Source of the DNA: Balanoglossus misakiensis
Lineage: Eukaryota; Animalia; Hemichordata
NCBI GenBank assembly: GCA_040954595.2
Contig: CM082595.2
Span: forward strand, 1 to 64,000
Direction: 5' to 3'
DNA: 64,000 nucleotides
The translations under genes and the position numbers were made by a program. The first letter of the stretch is position 1; each line of letters starts with the position of its first letter. A model generated the notes under the pieces. That model saw only the letters and a program-made list of their open reading frames with translations. It made no database searches and was not told the DNA's origin. Of this stretch, positions 62,001 through 64,000 are shown piece by piece.

Positions 62001-62165
62001 GGCCAGAGAGACGCCCATCCCAGTCGGATCGACAACGTACTCCTCATCCTCGGTAGAATTCGTCTTGTTCGCGACACCTAAAATCTCGGACATGGCAGCC
62101 CATGGAGCCGCGACGTCTGTAGCATTCTCCACAAGGCCGTCGGCCATGTTTGGCAATGTCATCAT
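59047..62165 (-). CDS. Class A GPCR, prostanoid-receptor-like (~400 aa)
   Basis: Exons 62165-61242, 59405-59201, 59120-59047; GN (TM1), LAISD (TM2), MAVDRYLAICWPFFY (TM3), YCHFD (ECL2), WITWTPLL then a phase-0 intron at the end of TM6, DFIAVRLAVLNSVINPF (TM7 with Arg); three AATAAA follow the stop. The last exon is less certain. Confidence 0.85.
60099..60145 (+). repeat. Short interstitial TTAGGG insert flanked by a 16-bp direct repeat
   Basis: AGAGGGGAGGATGAGG-GTTAGGGTTAGGGTT-AGAGGGGAGGATGAGG inside GPCR intron 1. Confidence 0.75.
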
Positions 62166-64000
62166 AATTCAATGTCGCTGACAGCTTTAGGCGTCTGATC
62201 GTTGCGATGACGATTCACCGCTTTCTTCAGGACTCGACAACCCGTGTCGCTCTCGTAAAATTATTCCTCAGTGCGCCATCCTTCGTATTGTATCCTGAAA
62301 TGAAAAACGCACAATAAACTCATAAAGGGGCACATATAAGTGGTACGTTGTGACCCAGTAAAAATAGCGAATTTACGAGATAAACGGTCCATTAGAGATG
62401 TTCTTCAATATCTTTTTGTACACTGAAGCCTAATTTTGTTGTACTTGCCACAGAAGTTTCTGTTTGTGAAGCTTGCTTTTTCATTATTCCTTCAATCGCC
62501 TAGTGCTCTGGCCGAGATGTGAGGACGCATCGAAAGCGCCTATGATAAACCATTGCATTGTTGGATGGTACATTCACGACACGATGTTATTTAACTGCCA
62601 GGGTTACAGTATAATTGTTGCTTTTCGGAGTAATTGAACTATGTTTGCACGCGGTCTTTTTAAACACATTTCTCACACATCTTGGGTTTAGGGAGAGTTC
62701 AAAGGTCAGTCGCATTTCATTACATATTCAAGTATCAGGTTTTGAAAGCGAGGTGTTCTCGTACATAGTACAGGCACACTCTCTCAAAATTACAAAAATG
62801 AACTTTGACCCACCACCGATCACCTAGACGTTTTGAATTGCAGCAGTCTCGACTGAACTAATTTATGTTTCGCGCTAATACATTGAGATGCGTGAATATT
62901 CATGCACTCGGTTTCGAATGCAGACGCAGGATTTGAGTCTCAATCCGGTTATATTCACTGTTGATCGCGTGGTACCCGGAGTGTTGATTGTTTCTATTGT
63001 CACCTCAACGAACAGAACCAATGCGGCCTGAGGTCTTTCATTAACATGTCTTTGAATTCACTAAGCTCCGTACGCGTGCCAAGGTTTCGGCGCTAAAAAC
63101 CCAACTCGTCTTGCACCATGATAATTTTACCCTCTGCCATTTCAATAGCCCTCGCACATTTTAACCCTTACAGCATAGATGTGCCAATAAACACCTAGGT
63201 CTGTCCAAACCAAAAGTGTGGCAAAACGACTACTTAGAACCATAACTACTGTCTATGTTAGAACCTAGCTTTCTTTGTCCCGTTCATCTTTACATGCCGT
63301 TTTAGCACAAAGACGATCTTTAACAAAGAGGCCACTAGACCCCCGTTTACACGCGTACACCATGTAAAATATCCACTCCTGGAGTCATAAACATACCGTT
63401 GTTTCGATTATAGAAACGACAGGAGGAACCATTGAATGTTCTGTGGCTGTTTTACAATCTCCCTTTTTACATTCATGATGAAACGACGGAAGGGAATGTC
63501 GTGCGTTGACCAGACTGAATGGGGGACACATTCTAATTATGTTATGTCAGCTGCAAAGTGGCTTCAGTGTAATTCTTAAACCACATTTCCGACACGGACA
63601 CAAAATTCATATCTATTGGAAAGTCAATTGATTTTTTAAAGATGAAATGATGGAAAAACTGGGCGATTTAGTGCTCATTTGTTCGTTTATGAATTCGAAA
63701 CACGGATGGGTTTCCAGTGCACGACTCGTCAACCATACTGATTAGACATGGGCAATATGAAAGGTCGCGTGTGTCCCTATAAGTAGACATTAGTAAAGGA
63801 GCTTGTGGATATCTGCTAGGTTGGTCGCTTTTTGTCGGACCGCTACGCGAGCTGTCTCGATGTTGTGTATAAATTCGGGTTCTGTCGAGGCGATGGGTAA
63901 GAAATATACTCCCTTACCTGATGATCCGAGCGTTTGATTTAGAAGTTGCCGGACAGGGCGCATGCCATCACACTACTGTATAAACTCCGTGCAAATGCGG

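Overview
Left end of a eukaryotic (metazoan, TTAGGG-telomere; gene and repeat style suggests an invertebrate deuterostome, which is inference) chromosome. From the tip inward: (CCCTAA)n telomere (1-1765); a 5.07-kb non-coding element bounded by 30-bp terminal inverted repeats that begin with TTAGGG, sitting between two telomere arrays (1766-6831); an inner telomere array (6832-7398); a CpG-rich 46-bp satellite with a 2269-bp higher-order repeat (7396-17020); a G-rich 21-bp minisatellite (17021-20411); AT-rich subtelomeric duplications, a composite ~280/114-bp tandem array and LINE debris (20.4-28.6 kb); four tandem 8-exon proteinase K-type (S8A) subtilisin genes (30.2-53.1 kb), three of which carry different transposons in the same homologous intron; and on the minus strand a prostanoid-receptor-like GPCR closely followed by a large low-complexity ORF that can be spliced in frame to it. 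The long ORFs listed over 7-20 kb are by-products of the tandem repeats. All gene models were assembled by eye from GT-AG sites and frame continuity; no database searches were run.
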